Numbered from the stretch's first letter, positions 38,500 through 51,445 are shown. The stretch: DNA of 64,000 nt from Octopus vulgaris (GCA_951406725.2 OX597815.1:187922001-187986000), one strand, 5' to 3'. Numbers and translations are program-made. The notes: a model not told the origin generated them from the letters alone.

Positions 38500-39911
38500 A
38501 TATATATATATATAGGTAGAGGGTAGCGATTTTCTTCATTACTTCAGAGAAGTTGTTTTACACCTATTACATTAGTTTTTTTTTTGTTTTTGTGCCCGGG
38601 TCAGACCCGGAACATTCCCGATATGAATTTTCCGAGTCCTCTCCCACACCTCACCCCTTTCGCGAGCGCACGTTTTTTTGTTATTTTCGTTTAGAGCAAG
38701 TTGTTTTACACCTATTACACTATTTTATTTGTTGTCTTTCTGACCGGGTCAAACGCTTTAGTTTGACCATTTTTAAATGAAATTTCCTACGAATACGTTA
38801 TATCATGTATATTCCAAATATACAAATTTTGGGGAGGAAGTTTTTCAGGAAAATGGATATTTTTTAAAGAAATTATCTACAAATATACATCGGACTATGT
38901 AGATTCCGAATATATAGGATGTTTTTGGGAAAACAATTGGGGGTTTATTTCTGAGAACCGTTTCCAACTCGGAAGTGTTTCTGAACAAGTCGTCCATATT
39001 TGTTTCATTTTCTCCGTTTTGAGCGCTTGTGAACCAAAGCCGTAAAATTTCGGGAAAAAAATTGAAAAGTAAAGGAGGTGGGGCATATTCGTCGATAATT
39101 TAATTAATAAATACCACACGAAAGTACCTTTTGAAATTCTTTACACACACAAACACGCACATATCTCATTTGCACATGTTTGCCTGTTGCTCAAGTAGAA
39201 ATCTACGAATGCAGAAACGAAGAAAATGAAACAAATATGGACGACTTGTTCAGAAACACGCCCGAGCGTGGAACAGTTCTCAAAAACAACCTTCAATTGT
39301 TTTCCCCTAAAATTTCTATATACTCGGAATCTACATAGTCCGAGGTGTACTTGTAGCCAATTTCATTTAAAAACATCCGTTTTCCTGAAAGTCAAGACGA
39401 ACTGAAATGGACTCCGGTGAATTTTGCGAAAATCCTCCACAATCTCCTAGTAAAAGACTCCCCACCAAAAAAATTGTATATTTTCAGAATGTACATGATA
39501 TAACACATATTCGTCGAAAATTTCATTAACAAATATCCATTTTTCTGAAAGTTACGATCGTCCAAAGTCGGGGGAGCAGAAATCTGTATTTATGCCGCCA
39601 AAAAGAATACAAAAAAATGAAAGTACCTTTAGAAATTCTTTTTTATCTGAAATCGTCCCAACTGAATATCAAGTGTTAATAAGGCGACTTGTTCCAAAAA
39701 TGTCCGAAATATGTACTGGAAAATCAAGAAAAAGGCGTCTATCTCCGTGTGAAATTTTTTCCTCACATCAGTACCTTCTGAAATTCCTTATGTATGCATA
39801 CGCGTGTGCGCAAACAGATGGTTAAGACGTCAAATACAAGAAGTTATTACGTCAGAACGCCAAAAACAGGAAGTTCAGAAAACCATTCGAAGAAGTGAAT
39901 CTTTAAATATA

Positions 39912-40300
39912 CTAGCAGTATCGCCCGGCGTTGCTCGGGTTTGTTTCAACCCTTTAGAATTGGAATTTTTGAAAAGTAAAAGTTTTGCATTATGTAGCTT
40001 GTTATTCTCTCTAAGTGAACATTTTTCTGGTTGAAATACACCGAAAAATGGCGACACAGCAGTAAAAAAATCGTAAAAAATAGGGATTTTCATAGAAAAA
40101 AAGCACCTTTTTGATGTGAATAATTTTTGGTGTTAACATGGTCCGATTTGAATTTTTTCTTCCACGGAAGGAAGAGCAAGCCTTCTATCATTCTCTCAAT
40201 TTTGGTCAACTTGCACCGCAGGGTCTCGGAGGAGATAGTGTTAGTTGAAGGCTACCAAACCTGCCATACACAGACAACTTCAGCTTTATATATATATAGA
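39912..40300 (-). mobile_element. Non-autonomous Helitron nested in the large Helitron
   Basis: TC start; CCCGAGCAACGCCGGG hairpin plus CTAG end; matches 889-1283. Confidence 0.9.
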
Positions 40301-40669
40301 TAAAGCAATGTTATTTATTTTTACTAAGAAAAAATAAATCAAGATCAAATTATTCAGGTACACCAAGTATGGTACAGATTGATCCAGAGGTTTGAGCGTG
40401 CACTGAGGACACACACACAGACGGTATTTTATATATATAATATACACGACGGGCTTCTTTCAGTTTCCGCCTACCAAATCCACTTGCAAGGGTTTGGTCA
40501 GTCCGAGGTTATAGTAGAAGACACTTGCCCAAGGTACCACACACCGACACACACACACACATATACATATATATGTGTGTGTGTGTGTGTATACATATAG
40601 ACAAAAAGCTTCTTTCAGTTTCCATCTGCCAAACCCACTCACAAGGTTTTGTTTGGCCAAAGACTATGC

Positions 40670-41550
40670 TCTTTTACTCTTTTATTTGTTTCAGTCATTT
40701 GACTGTGGCCATGCTGGAGCACTGCCTTTAGTCAAACAAATTGACCCCAAGATTCATTCTTTGTAAGCCTAGTACTTATTCCATTGGTCTCTTTTGCTGA
40801 ACTGCTAAGTAATGGGAGCATAAACACACCAGCATTGGTCATCAAGCGATGGTGGGGGGGGGGACAAACACAGACGCACAAACATACACACAAACAACAC
40901 ATATATACAATGAACATCTTTCAGTTTCTTTCTACCAAATCCACTCACAAGGCTTTGGTTGCCCCGAGGCTGTAGTAGAAGACATTTACCCAAGGTGCCA
41001 CACAGTGGAACTGAACCTGGAACCACATGGTTGGTAAGCAAGCTACTTACCACACAGCCACTCCTGCGCCTACTGAAGAAGACACCCAGGGTGCTGCAAA
41101 GTGGGACTGAACCCAAGATCAGATGGTTTAGAAGCAAACTTTTCATTTAAAGAGCTATTAATTTATTTTCTCTTTTACTTGTTTCAGTCATTTGACTGTG
41201 GCCATACTGGAGCACTGCGTTTAGTCGAGCAAATCGACCCCAGGGCTTATTCTTTGTAAGCCTAGTACTTATTCTATCAGTCTCGTTTACCGAACCATTA
41301 AGTTACGGGGACGTAAACACAACAGCATCGGTTGTCAAGTGATGTTGGGGGAACAAACACATACACACACATACATACATGTATACACATATACGACGGA
41401 CTTCTTTCAGTTTCCGTCTACCAAATCCACTCACAAGGCTTTGGTTGGCCCAAGGCTATAGTAGAAGACATTTGCCGAGGGTGCCACACAGTGGGGACTG
41501 AACTCGGAACCATGTGGTTGGTAAGCAAGCTACTTACCACACAGCCACTC
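40670..41550 (-). mobile_element. Two family A SINEs (40670-41070, 41170-41550)
   Basis: Match 4063-4481. Confidence 0.85.
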
Positions 41551-41569
41551 ATTATTCAAAAATTGCTTG

Positions 41570-41735
41570 AGTGGATGGTACCTCTCTAAATGTAGACATG
41601 TGAGTTGGAGAGAAGGAATTGGAGAGGGTACTTGCTCTTAGAGTTTCAGGGAAATCTCAGACAGTGGAGTTCCTAGATTATCCCTAGAGGCATTCCTGTA
41701 TCAGGAGGGCCACATCTCTATAATCCTCCCCACCA
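41570..41735 (+). mobile_element. Tx1/L1-like LINE 3' end fragment
   Basis: Reverse-complement match to 47030-47195. Confidence 0.7.
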
Positions 41736-44700
41736 CATCTCCTGGAACTTGACAAAAAAACCAACTGAATAAGCATCAGATTTTTAAGAAATACGTAGTG
41801 AAATAAATTCTAGAGTTGATTTGTTCAACTAAACTTGTCAAGGTCATGCCCCAGCATGGCCACAGTTTAATGTCTAAAATAAATAAAAAATAAACGATAA
41901 CCCACTCTCAACACATTTATACTCTAACACCTTTATGTGCTTACAGAAGTTAATTTGTTCTCATGGGGAAAAGGTTTTTGAGGTGGATGATGTCACACTA
42001 TTCTCTTGTATGCCAAGCTTGTCGTAGCCACTCATTTTAATGTTACAAACTTTTGTTCAAAACTTTTTAGGCACACTTTGTATTGATTGTATACAGTTGA
42101 GAAAGGCAATAAAAATTTAAATATTTATTCATTATATTCAATGGAAATTATGAAAAATAATCTGTGTGTATTTATGAAGCCTGATATTTTTTGAGGAATG
42201 AAGCATGAATGTTTTATAAATGAAGTGAAACTGTTATTACTAGAAATTGAAATTTATTCAATATCTCAATTCCTCAAGAATTTACTGATGCACGACGATA
42301 AATGCTAACATGCATATTACAAGATGCCAAGGTGGCCTTGGACACTAAGCATCTGAATTAAAGTCAAAGGTTGCTAACAGACTGCTCTGATGAATGAAAT
42401 TAAAATTAATAAAAATTTTGAGTACCAATTAGTATTTTTCTTGAAAATTTATTCCTTCTCAGTATGTGCACAGTTAGAAGCTTAAAACAAAAAGAGATTA
42501 ACTTAGCTAAAGGTCAAAGGTTAGTTTGCACTTTCTTACAATCAGTTAATTATCTTACTAAACAAATCCATTGTGATAAATGATAACAGCTGACAAATTT
42601 ACTAATTTCCCTCTATTCTGCTCACACTATAAGCTAGTTCTTTATTAACAACTCAGAACCACAATTTACCCTGAATGTTCTTTTTCTGATTAGGTTTGAA
42701 TTACATGAGTAGATTATTTCCAGAATTTTCTTTTAGAAATTTTTTTTGTTGTAAAAAGACATACAAAATGTAAACACTCGTACCAGAAGTTGACTCATTT
42801 AGTGTCACAATAGGTTTTTATAGAAAAAAATAAAGGCTTAAATATAATAAAATTGACTTTTATTTATGCTGGATGGTATAATGCTTACTTTTTCTGTATA
42901 AATTTACTAAAACCATTAAATGGTTAATTACTTTTTGAAGTCTGATGTTCATGCTGATTAATCATGGTCTGGGTCATATTATTATAAACAACACAAACAC
43001 TTTGTAATTTAATAACTTTTAATGTGATACCTGTTTAATGGAAATTATTTCTATTTAATGAAAATTTAATAAAATCTAATCATAAGTGAAATTATGCTAA
43101 ATACAACTAAATTGAAAACCTTTACCTCCTGGTTATATCAGCAATTCTGGAAACTTTTGGGTGTAAATTTTACATGAGTAGAAGCTTTTTTTTTTAACAA
43201 ATTTTATCCTGAAAATCACCTGCGTAAATTACACAGGTGTAAAAATTACATGGGTCTTTACAGTACTCTTTTGGATACCACTTGGCACGGAAAACGGATG
43301 TTAAATGATGATGATGATGATGATTTAGTCAAAAACTAAATAAGCTACTGCTTAGAGTCTCACAATCAGCAGAGGTTCCAAAATAATTAAAAGATATATG
43401 ATTTCAACTTTTGTTAAATCTTCTGCTGCAATTTTTTAACATGAGGGTCTCTTAGCTTTATACAGCTTAGGGTTTAACTCATCTAGATTAAGTACTACCC
43501 AACACAGTAGCGGTCACAAATTTTGGCTAAAAGCCTGAAATTGTGGAGAGGGTGTAAGTCAACTACATTCACCTCAGTACATAACTGGTACTTATCTTAT
43601 GAACTCCAAAAGGATGAAAGACAAAGTCGACCCTGGTGGCATTTGAACTCAGAGTGTAAAATTGGAAGAAATGGTGCTAAGCTTATTTTTCTGGAACAGT
43701 AGTGATTCTACCAACTTGCTACCCTACCACCCAACACAATATTGGTCATTAGTTTATCAATCTCTGAAAAATATTTTTAAAAAAAAGAAGAAAAATCAAA
43801 ACTGAACTTTATCAAATTTGAACTCAAAAACATTTGAATTTAAGTAATGGTTTTATTATCACATTAGAATTATTTTAATGTTTGGTATTTTCATTTAATT
43901 GATCCCCACATAATTTTTGTGATTACTACTGGTGTAAGAAACTTTAAAAAAATGTTATTTACCACATCCCTTTAATATTTCTAACATTACACCTTCTTCA
44001 CCACTTTATTAAGGATATTGAAAACTGAAGTCCTATTTGGAACATAAGTCTTAACTTTCATTGAACTTCCTCATTTAATATTAACATATTAATTTCTGAA
44101 ATGCAATAAATAATCTGACTATGAAAGCAGGCTGCTTTAAACAGTGAAGTGAAATTAATTTCTGCCCAGATTAAAATCTGTTTATGAAAGAAAACATGAG
44201 TGTTAACATATCTCTTGAATCAAGTTTCTATAATGAAATGTCTGAACAGCTAAGACAACTTTGATTTAATGTTTGCTTTATATAAAGTATCCTTCCCGTG
44301 ATTGAAATATATCCATTGGTAGTGTAAGAAACATATAGAAATAAATCCTATTTCTATTTGGAAAGGAACCTGCAAGTATTTCAAGTACTAAGATTTAATC
44401 TTATATGTCTGTTCTAACAAAGAACTGTAGGCTTTTTGCCTCCTAGTCATGAGATAATAAAAACAAGAAGAAAACAAAATAAAAATAACTAAAAACAGCG
44501 ACATGGTCTGTGTAGCTGACGCTGCACTTGTAGATATCTGATTACAACTCAAGTGAATATCTCTCAAATATCTCAAAATATGAAGACCAGAGTTAAAAGC
44601 AGAACATAGCGTTTTCAAAGAAAAATTTTTTTTTTTTTTTTTTTTTTAATAAGTCTGTATAGGATCATAAACATAAATTTGAAAAATGCTGGAGAAATAA

Positions 44701-44971
44701 AATCCTCTTCGAAAAAAATTGGCTTCTCAAATATAGAAATAGTCTAAGATGTCTACATATGTTTATATTTTAATGGATTAATTGGTAGATCATTAATGGA
44801 TTAACAAATTGTAATCTATTAAGAAAACAGTAATTAACAAAATTTAAAACATGACAAAAAAACCTATTTTCGTTTCTTGCATGTCAAATTAACTGTGCTC
44901 CTACATATTTTAATCAGCTATTTACATAGGCAAAAATGTATTAAATATAACACTGACATATTATTATTGTG

Positions 44972-45260
44972 GAGGCACATGGCCTAGTGGTTAGAGCAGC
45001 GGACTCACAGGTTTGAATCTCAGACTGGGTGATGTGTGTGTTTATGAGTGAAACACCTTAGCTCCATGCAGCTCCGGCAGAAGGTAATGGCGAACTTCTG
45101 CTGACTCTTTCACCACAACTTTCTCTCACTCTTTCCTCCTGCATCTTGCAGCTCATCTGCGACAGACCGGCATCCCGTCCAGGTGAGGAACCTATACGCT
45201 GAGGAAACCGGGAAACCGGCCCTTATGAGCGAGGCATGGTTCAAGAAGGAACAAACAATT
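44972..45260 (+). mobile_element. tRNA-derived SINE
   Basis: GAGGCACATGGCCTAGTGGTTAGAGCAGCGGACTC head; (CAA/TTA) tail. Confidence 0.7.
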
Positions 45261-45599
45261 ATTATTATTATATGAAAACACACAGCTTATATTGCTGGGT
45301 CAACTGTCCATAGCCAGTAGTCTAAGGTGACACTTGTTTACTGGTCATGCTTCAAGAACCCTGCAAAGAATTCTTGCAGTTCCAAGCAATGCCGATGCTT
45401 GTAGGTGTTCACCTTCCCACTTCTTTTTCAGCCACACTCATAGTTGAGTGCTAATATTTCCAAGTGCACCAATTACTATGAGTATCACATCTACTCTCTT
45501 CATTGACCACAACCTTCATATTTCTCATTTCAAACTGTCATGGTTGTTTATTTTTTCTTCTTCTTTCATATTGATCCTTTTGTCACCTTTTATTATTAT

Positions 45600-46162
45600 T
45601 TTTGAGTGAGAGAGCAGTGCATGCCATCAAAGTGACACTGGGGCAAAATATACGAAACCCAGCATACCCATCATGACTACCTGTCTGATAAGGGTACACT
45701 AGGCACACGCATCACAACCATATGTGCACAACATGGTGATCTCATATCATGATAAACAGCACATGACCTTGCAGGTGGGACCCAGATAGAATTTTTGTCT
45801 GGTCGAGGAAACCATCTCGCTCAAAAGGTTCCTGAATAAGGTTTGTATAAAGATGATGAACAAAACACCCATGTTTCCAGAGGGGAATTATTCAAACCTC
45901 AAAGAATTCCTCTCAGCACATTGGTTATGATGCTCCCCCACTACTTCTGCTTGTGATCAGAGATGCACATATCGTCAGCCACTAAGTGACATGCTCAACT
46001 GGTTAAGGTCAAACAACTGACAAGCAAGTCTGTGGTATTGAGCAGAATATTTGCTGTAGCCCATCTTTTATACCAAGACAAAACAATGTAAATGATAACA
46101 CTTCCAATCAATTATGATGGAAAGCAATGAAAGCTACTGCCTGGTACAGCATCAGGGCATTT
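45600..46162. mobile_element. Probable non-autonomous retroelement inserted in (TTA)n
   Basis: GC-richer block bounded by (TTA)n on both sides and next to R4/Dong-like fragments; family not assigned. Confidence 0.4.
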
Positions 46163-46450
46163 ATTATTATTATTATTATTATTAATAATAATAATAATAA
46201 TAATAACAATAACAATAATAATAACCATCTTTTACCGTGACCTTAAGATCACACTATCATCTTATAATCAAATTACTTTTAAAACAAACTTCTAATTTTC
46301 TTATGTTTTGACAGACATTCTGTGAAAATCAAAAATATGGCACTCTAGTCATAACACCAACTTGAACTTGAAGCTTGTTGTCTCTTGAGGTCTCTGAATG
46401 AGACTTGGAGTCAACTTGTACAAATACAAAGCAAAAGTCAAACATATAAC

Positions 46451-46494
<44 letters not shown>

Positions 46495-46860
46495 TATTCT
46501 AGGATTGTAAAGAAAGAGGTAGAAAAACAAAGAAAATACAATCCCCTAAAATTTGAAACAGGAAGAATTTGGAGCATGAGAACAGTAAAGGTCGTGCCTA
46601 TAATAATTGATGCACTGGGATCAGTAAGCCAAGATATAGATAAATGGCTGAAGGAGATTGGAATAGAATGCCTGGTAGAGCTTATACAGAAAGTTTGTCT
46701 CTTAGGACAGCAAGGATTATCAGGAGGGTTCTAAGCAATTGAGAGATCGCAGAAAACTTGTGGATACCTAAGGTTACAGGTAGTAACCTACGACGCACAT
46801 AAATCCCATCGGGAATAAGACTGAACTTGTGCCTAACCAAAATAATAATAATAATGATGA
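46495..46860 (+). mobile_element. R4/Dong-like LINE 3' fragment in (TAA)n
   Basis: KEVEKQRKYNPLKFETGRIWSMRTVKVVPIIIDALGSVS REL-domain motif; (TAA)n on both sides. Confidence 0.75.
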
Positions 46861-47527
46861 TTTCGTTTATTTGCCACAAGGGTGAAGGATGAAGGGGACA
46901 ATACAGAAACAGACATAAAGTGTTGGGGTTTATAAATAATGAAATGATAAAAAAAAAAGTAAGTAAACATGGTATACACTAAAAAAGAAGGGACATATTC
47001 ATAGCATACAAAGGTTTCAAAAAATATAAGTGGTGGGGAGGATGATAGAGATGTGGCCCTCCTGATACAGGAAGGCCTCTAGGGATAATCAAAGAACCTC
47101 ACTGTCTGAGATTTCCCTGAAAACCCAGGAGCAAGTGCCCTCTCCAGTTCCTTCTCTCCGACTCACAGGTCTACATTTAGAGAGGTACCATCCACTTTTG
47201 CCATTTTCATAACTTTCACCCACCTTTCAATAAACTTATTCAAGGACAGCACTTCCATCTCCACTCTCAATTTCCTTCTCATGTGAAACTTGAAGAAGCC
47301 AATGAGAGCTCTACCAAGGATGAATGTATCCGTCTTCATGTCTTTCAGCCTTGTCCACCAAACAACTTCTTTCACATTAGCTACCAGGCAAAGGAAAACT
47401 GACTTGCCTGTCCGATTGAAGGGGGACAGTGGGGCAATCATCACTGCAGACTTGGCCAACAGACAGATCCATCCCACACATGACAGCAGCTGTTCAACAT
47501 AACCCCACAAATCAGCAATGCCCGGAT

Positions 47528-47818
47528 TCTTAACCACTACATAATATGCCCACGGGCATATGGTGTAGTGGTTAAGAGTGCGGGCTACTATCCCCAAGAT
47601 TCCAAGTTTGATTCCAGGCAGTGACCTGAATAATAATAACAATGAAAATAATAATAATAACAACATCGAAAAATACCTTAGGAATGAGAACCCAGGTTCG
47701 AAATTTCCCCAAGACACCTGATGAAGGCTGGAGAGTATAACAGCCGAAACGTTGTGTTAACAACAAACAAGATGAGGACAAATATCTGTCAATTCTAAAT
47801 AATGTAAATAATGTACAG
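47528..47818 (+). mobile_element. tRNA-headed, hammerhead-containing element with a 5' fold-back
   Basis: A box TGGTGTAGTGG, B box AAGTTTGATTCC, (TAA)n spacer, hammerhead at 47713-47758; second copy at 60225-60574. Confidence 0.75.
47713..47758 (+). ncRNA. Minimal type I hammerhead ribozyme motif
   Basis: GACAC-CTGATGA-A-GGCTG[10 nt]CAGCC-GAA-ACGT-T-GTGTT; palindromic ACGT stem III, GUU triplet, extra A after A9. Confidence 0.75.
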
Positions 47819-47997
47819 AATAGTTTTGTCACTCTGCACACAACTCAGACAAGCCTGTCTCACAGCACATCCATGCCTGTAGAGTTTATCTTGAATCGAT
47901 CTCTTTTGCCAAACCCCTAAGTTACTGGGACATAAACACACCAAAATTGGTTGTCAAGTGAGGGTTGGGGACAAATATAGACATACAAACACATACA

Positions 47998-48033
<36 letters not shown>

Positions 48034-48341
48034 GGACTACTTTCAGTTTCTGTTTAACGAATCCAGTCACAAGGCTTTGGTTGGCCTGAAACTATAGTAG
48101 AAGACACTTGCCCAAGGTGTTATGCAGTGGGACTGAACCCAGAACCATGTGGGTGTTAAGCAAGCTACATACCAAACAGCCATTCCCGTGCCTGAAATGA
48201 TCAGATCATTGTTTATACAGTTCATATAAAATGTTAAACATTTTCAAGGAAAAGAAAATTTGGGGGCTTAAGAATAAGTTTTTTGTTTGTTTCTTTCATT
48301 AAATGGTTTCCTTAAAAGTGATATATTGATTTGCATATTAA

Positions 48342-48556
48342 CCCTTTCATTACCAACCTGGCAGAAACTGGCTCTGGCTCTGAGTACAAATGTCTTGTTT
48401 CCATAAGTTTTGAATTAAAATCTTCCAGCAAAGTCACAATTTATGTTCCCAACACTAGCTTAATGATAGCTAAGTTATTTTACTAAATTCTTTGTTACAT
48501 TTAAAGTAATTGAAAGAAACACAGAGCATCTCAAAATAAATACAGTAACTAAAGGG
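48342..48556. mobile_element. TTAA-MITE
   Basis: TTAA|CCCTTTC...AAAGGG|TTAA; reverse copy of 25369-25590. Confidence 0.85.
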
Positions 48557-49439
48557 TTAAAATATGTTTAAGATAGAAAATGTTATCTTTTTTTAAGCGG
48601 AAGGACAAGTGCTCATGATGTTTTTCTGGATTTCTGAGACTAACAGAGAAAAGGAAGGAAAGAACCATTATGCAGTGTTATTTTCAGACAGGAGACTTGA
48701 TCTAAATGCTTGTTTCTACCTGTCCATTGCTTCAGATTAGTACTTTAATTAATGACCTTGAAAGAAGAAAAAGCAAAGTTGACTTTGACAAGATTTGAAC
48801 TCAAAGCATGATACTGGAATAAATTGCTTACTTACTTAGGCACTTTGTTGGTTACATCGATGAGGGTTCCAGTTGATCTGATCAATGGAACAGCCTGCTC
48901 ATGAAATTAACATTGCAAGTGGCTGAGCATTCCACAGACACGTCTACCCTCAATGTAGTTCTTAGGGAGATTCATTGTTACACAGAATGTGACAAGGCTG
49001 GCCCCTTTGAAATACAGGTACTCCTCATTTTTGCCAGTTGAGTGGACTGGAGCAACATGAAATAAAGTGTCTTGCTCATGGACACAACGCATCACCAGGA
49101 ATTGAACTCATGACCTTACAATCATAAGCCAATTACCCTAAGCAGTTAGCCACGTGCCCTCATGAATAAATTACTTAACCTCATGGCTAAGACAACATCC
49201 TGGGGTTTATACTCTTTTTGCTTAATAAGGCTGATGATGAAGGTCAAATCTCAATCCATTTAGATGTCTGATAGAATCATATCACTAACTACAAATTACA
49301 ATGTAAACACCAAAAAAGGAAGCTAGTACATAGTTGAAGCCATGAAATTTTGTAGGCGTTTATAACAAGATGGTTGCAGCTTTTTCTTTTGTTGTTTGAT
49401 ATGAAGATTTTGTTATATGTCATAATAACTCTTTCCCAT

Positions 49440-49930
49440 CCTGGTCACGATAAAACTGGATATTTTAATGTGGTGTGAAGGAAAGAAACTTGTGAATCTA
49501 GTTGAGTTAATGGTTCCTCGTGAAGATAACATGGATGCTGCTTGGGCTCGAAAGATTGACCATTATGTAAACCTCCTTGAGGAATGTGAAGATGCAGGCT
49601 GGAAAGCGGAGCATTTTCCAACTGAAGTCAGATGTAGGGGGCTTGTTGGACACAGTGTGAGACAACTGTCATTATCGTTAGGCCTAACTCATCGTAAAGT
49701 AAATACCACCATGACCGTTATCCAAACCACAGTGGAAAAGGCCATCCTTTAGATTTGGTTAAAAGAGATGATGAGTGATAGCTAGAAAAATATTGAGCTT
49801 TATTTAGTAACCAGTTGATCTAGCAAGCGGGGCCTCATATCAGTGAGTGGGGCTGGTGCGCATTGATGCCATTGAGAAGTAGGCACAGAAACAGCATGCA
49901 TTCTCTTCTGATGACCCCATACACTTGCTG
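49440..49930 (+). pseudogene. Hero/NeSL-type (R2 group) LINE endonuclease fragment
   Basis: LDILMWCEGKKLVNLVELMVPRE...ARKIDHY..L.EEC..AGW....PTEVRCRG matches the PD..(D/E)xTVPWE...VEVGCRGF REL motif. Confidence 0.8.
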
Positions 49931-50734
49931 GCTTCTGGTATGCAGAGTTCTCGACTGGTAGCACTTGCATGTGCAAGTTGCTTGCAAAACATTTATACTG
50001 GAATATCTTCACCTACATTTATGTACTTTACTGCTAAGACAGGAAAGTTTTATAGGAAATATTTTCTCTATAGAGAAGACATTTTTTTTTCAATATTTAA
50101 AATAAGTTAAAATCCTTTTGAAGGTCACCTGTGGCTTTTATTCTTTCATAGTCAATAAAATAAACTATTGGTCTACTGGTTATGTACTAGAGTCGATATA
50201 ATTGACTATATAGTTACTAATAAATTTGAGACCTTGTAATTAAGTTAGAAATCAATATTCCTAGACTGAGAACAAGTGATATATCTAATAATTTGCAATA
50301 AATGGTTAATAATAAGATTAGGATTTTAAAATCTAATGCTTTGATAACTGTTAGTTATCTAAAATATAAATATATACTGAAGGTGTTTGTGTATTGAAGT
50401 GTGTGTCGTTATTTGGATTATAACGACATAAATAATTGCTTGATTTCTTTTTTGATTGACATCAAGGTAATCTTTTATTTTTTTACTTGTTTCAATCAAT
50501 AGACTGCAGCCATGCTGGAGCACCACTTTGAAGAGTTTTTTTGTCAAACAAATCAACCCCAGTACTTTAAAAAAAAAATTGGTACTTATTCTATCAGTGA
50601 AACCTTTAAGATATGGACATGTAACCAAACCCACACTGGTTGTCAAGTGGTAAGTGGGGAACAAACAAACACACAAACACACACACATGCACACACACAC
50701 ACACACAAACACATGTGTGACAGGTTTCCTTTAA

Positions 50735-51445
50735 TGCTATTCTATACTTCTGAGATGAGTAATTACACACATTATTTACCATGGATGGGTAGGTATCCTC
50801 ACCTTCTTTCTTGTTACCACAACGTTTCGGCTGATGTACTCTCCAGCCTTCACCAGGTGTACTGGTGGAATTTCGAACCTAACCCCTTATTTGACTAATG
50901 GTTAGAAAATTCCTAGACTAAGAACAAGTGATATATCTAATAATTTGCAATAAATAGTTAATTATAAGATTTGGATTTTAAAATCTAATGCTTTGATAAT
51001 TGTTAGTTATCTAAAATATAAGTAAATACTGAAAGTGTTTGTGTATTGAAGCATAGGTCATTCTTACGATTATAAGTTCAAAGGCAGCAAGCTGGCAGAA
51101 ACGTTAGCGCGCCGGGTGAAATGCTTAGCGGTATTTCGTCTGCCATTACGTACTGAGTTCAAATTCCACCAAGGTTGACTTTGCCTTTAATCCTTTCGGG
51201 GTCGATAAATTAAGAGCCAGTTACGCACTGGGGTCGATGTAATCGACTTAATCCCTTTGTCTGTCCTTGTTTGTCCCCTCTGTGTTTAGCCCCTTGTGGG
51301 CAATAAAGAAATAGATTATAAGTTCAAATAAAGGGTTGGGTACGAAATTTTACCAGAAAACCTGATGAAGGCTGGAGAGTACATCAGCCAAAACATTGTG
51401 ATAACAACAAACAAGATGAGGATACCTATCTGCCCATTGTAAATA
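50735..51445. mobile_element. Inverted pair of hammerhead-bearing repeats around captured DNA and a family C SINE, inside a family A SINE
   Basis: 50770-50895 is the reverse complement of 51320-51445. SINE C at 51083-51313 has TSD GATTATAAGTTCAAA. Confidence 0.7.

Larger units (their letters stand above)
34346..40440 (-). mobile_element. Decayed autonomous-type Helitron (~6.1 kb, 3'-truncated) inserted into a family A SINE
   Basis: RepHel fragments at 34350-37243; Helitron-like 5' end TTATATATATAAAATACCGTCTGTGTGTG at 40440; the host SINE halves lie at 34133-34345 and 40441-40545. Confidence 0.75.
46870..47895 (-). pseudogene. Tx1/L1-like LINE ORF2 C-terminal fragment, interrupted at 47528-47818
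   Basis: DKLYRHGCAVRQACLSC (zf-RVT-like) ... LWGYVEQLLS...KEVVWWTRLK...FIERWVKV. Confidence 0.7.

Noticed and set aside
44388-44618. ORF with a hydrophobic, GPI-signal-like C-terminus (SAASATQTMSLFLVIFILFSSCFYYL)
   Set aside because: The hydrophobicity comes from a T-rich tract; no convincing splice acceptor or ATG; no recognisable homology.
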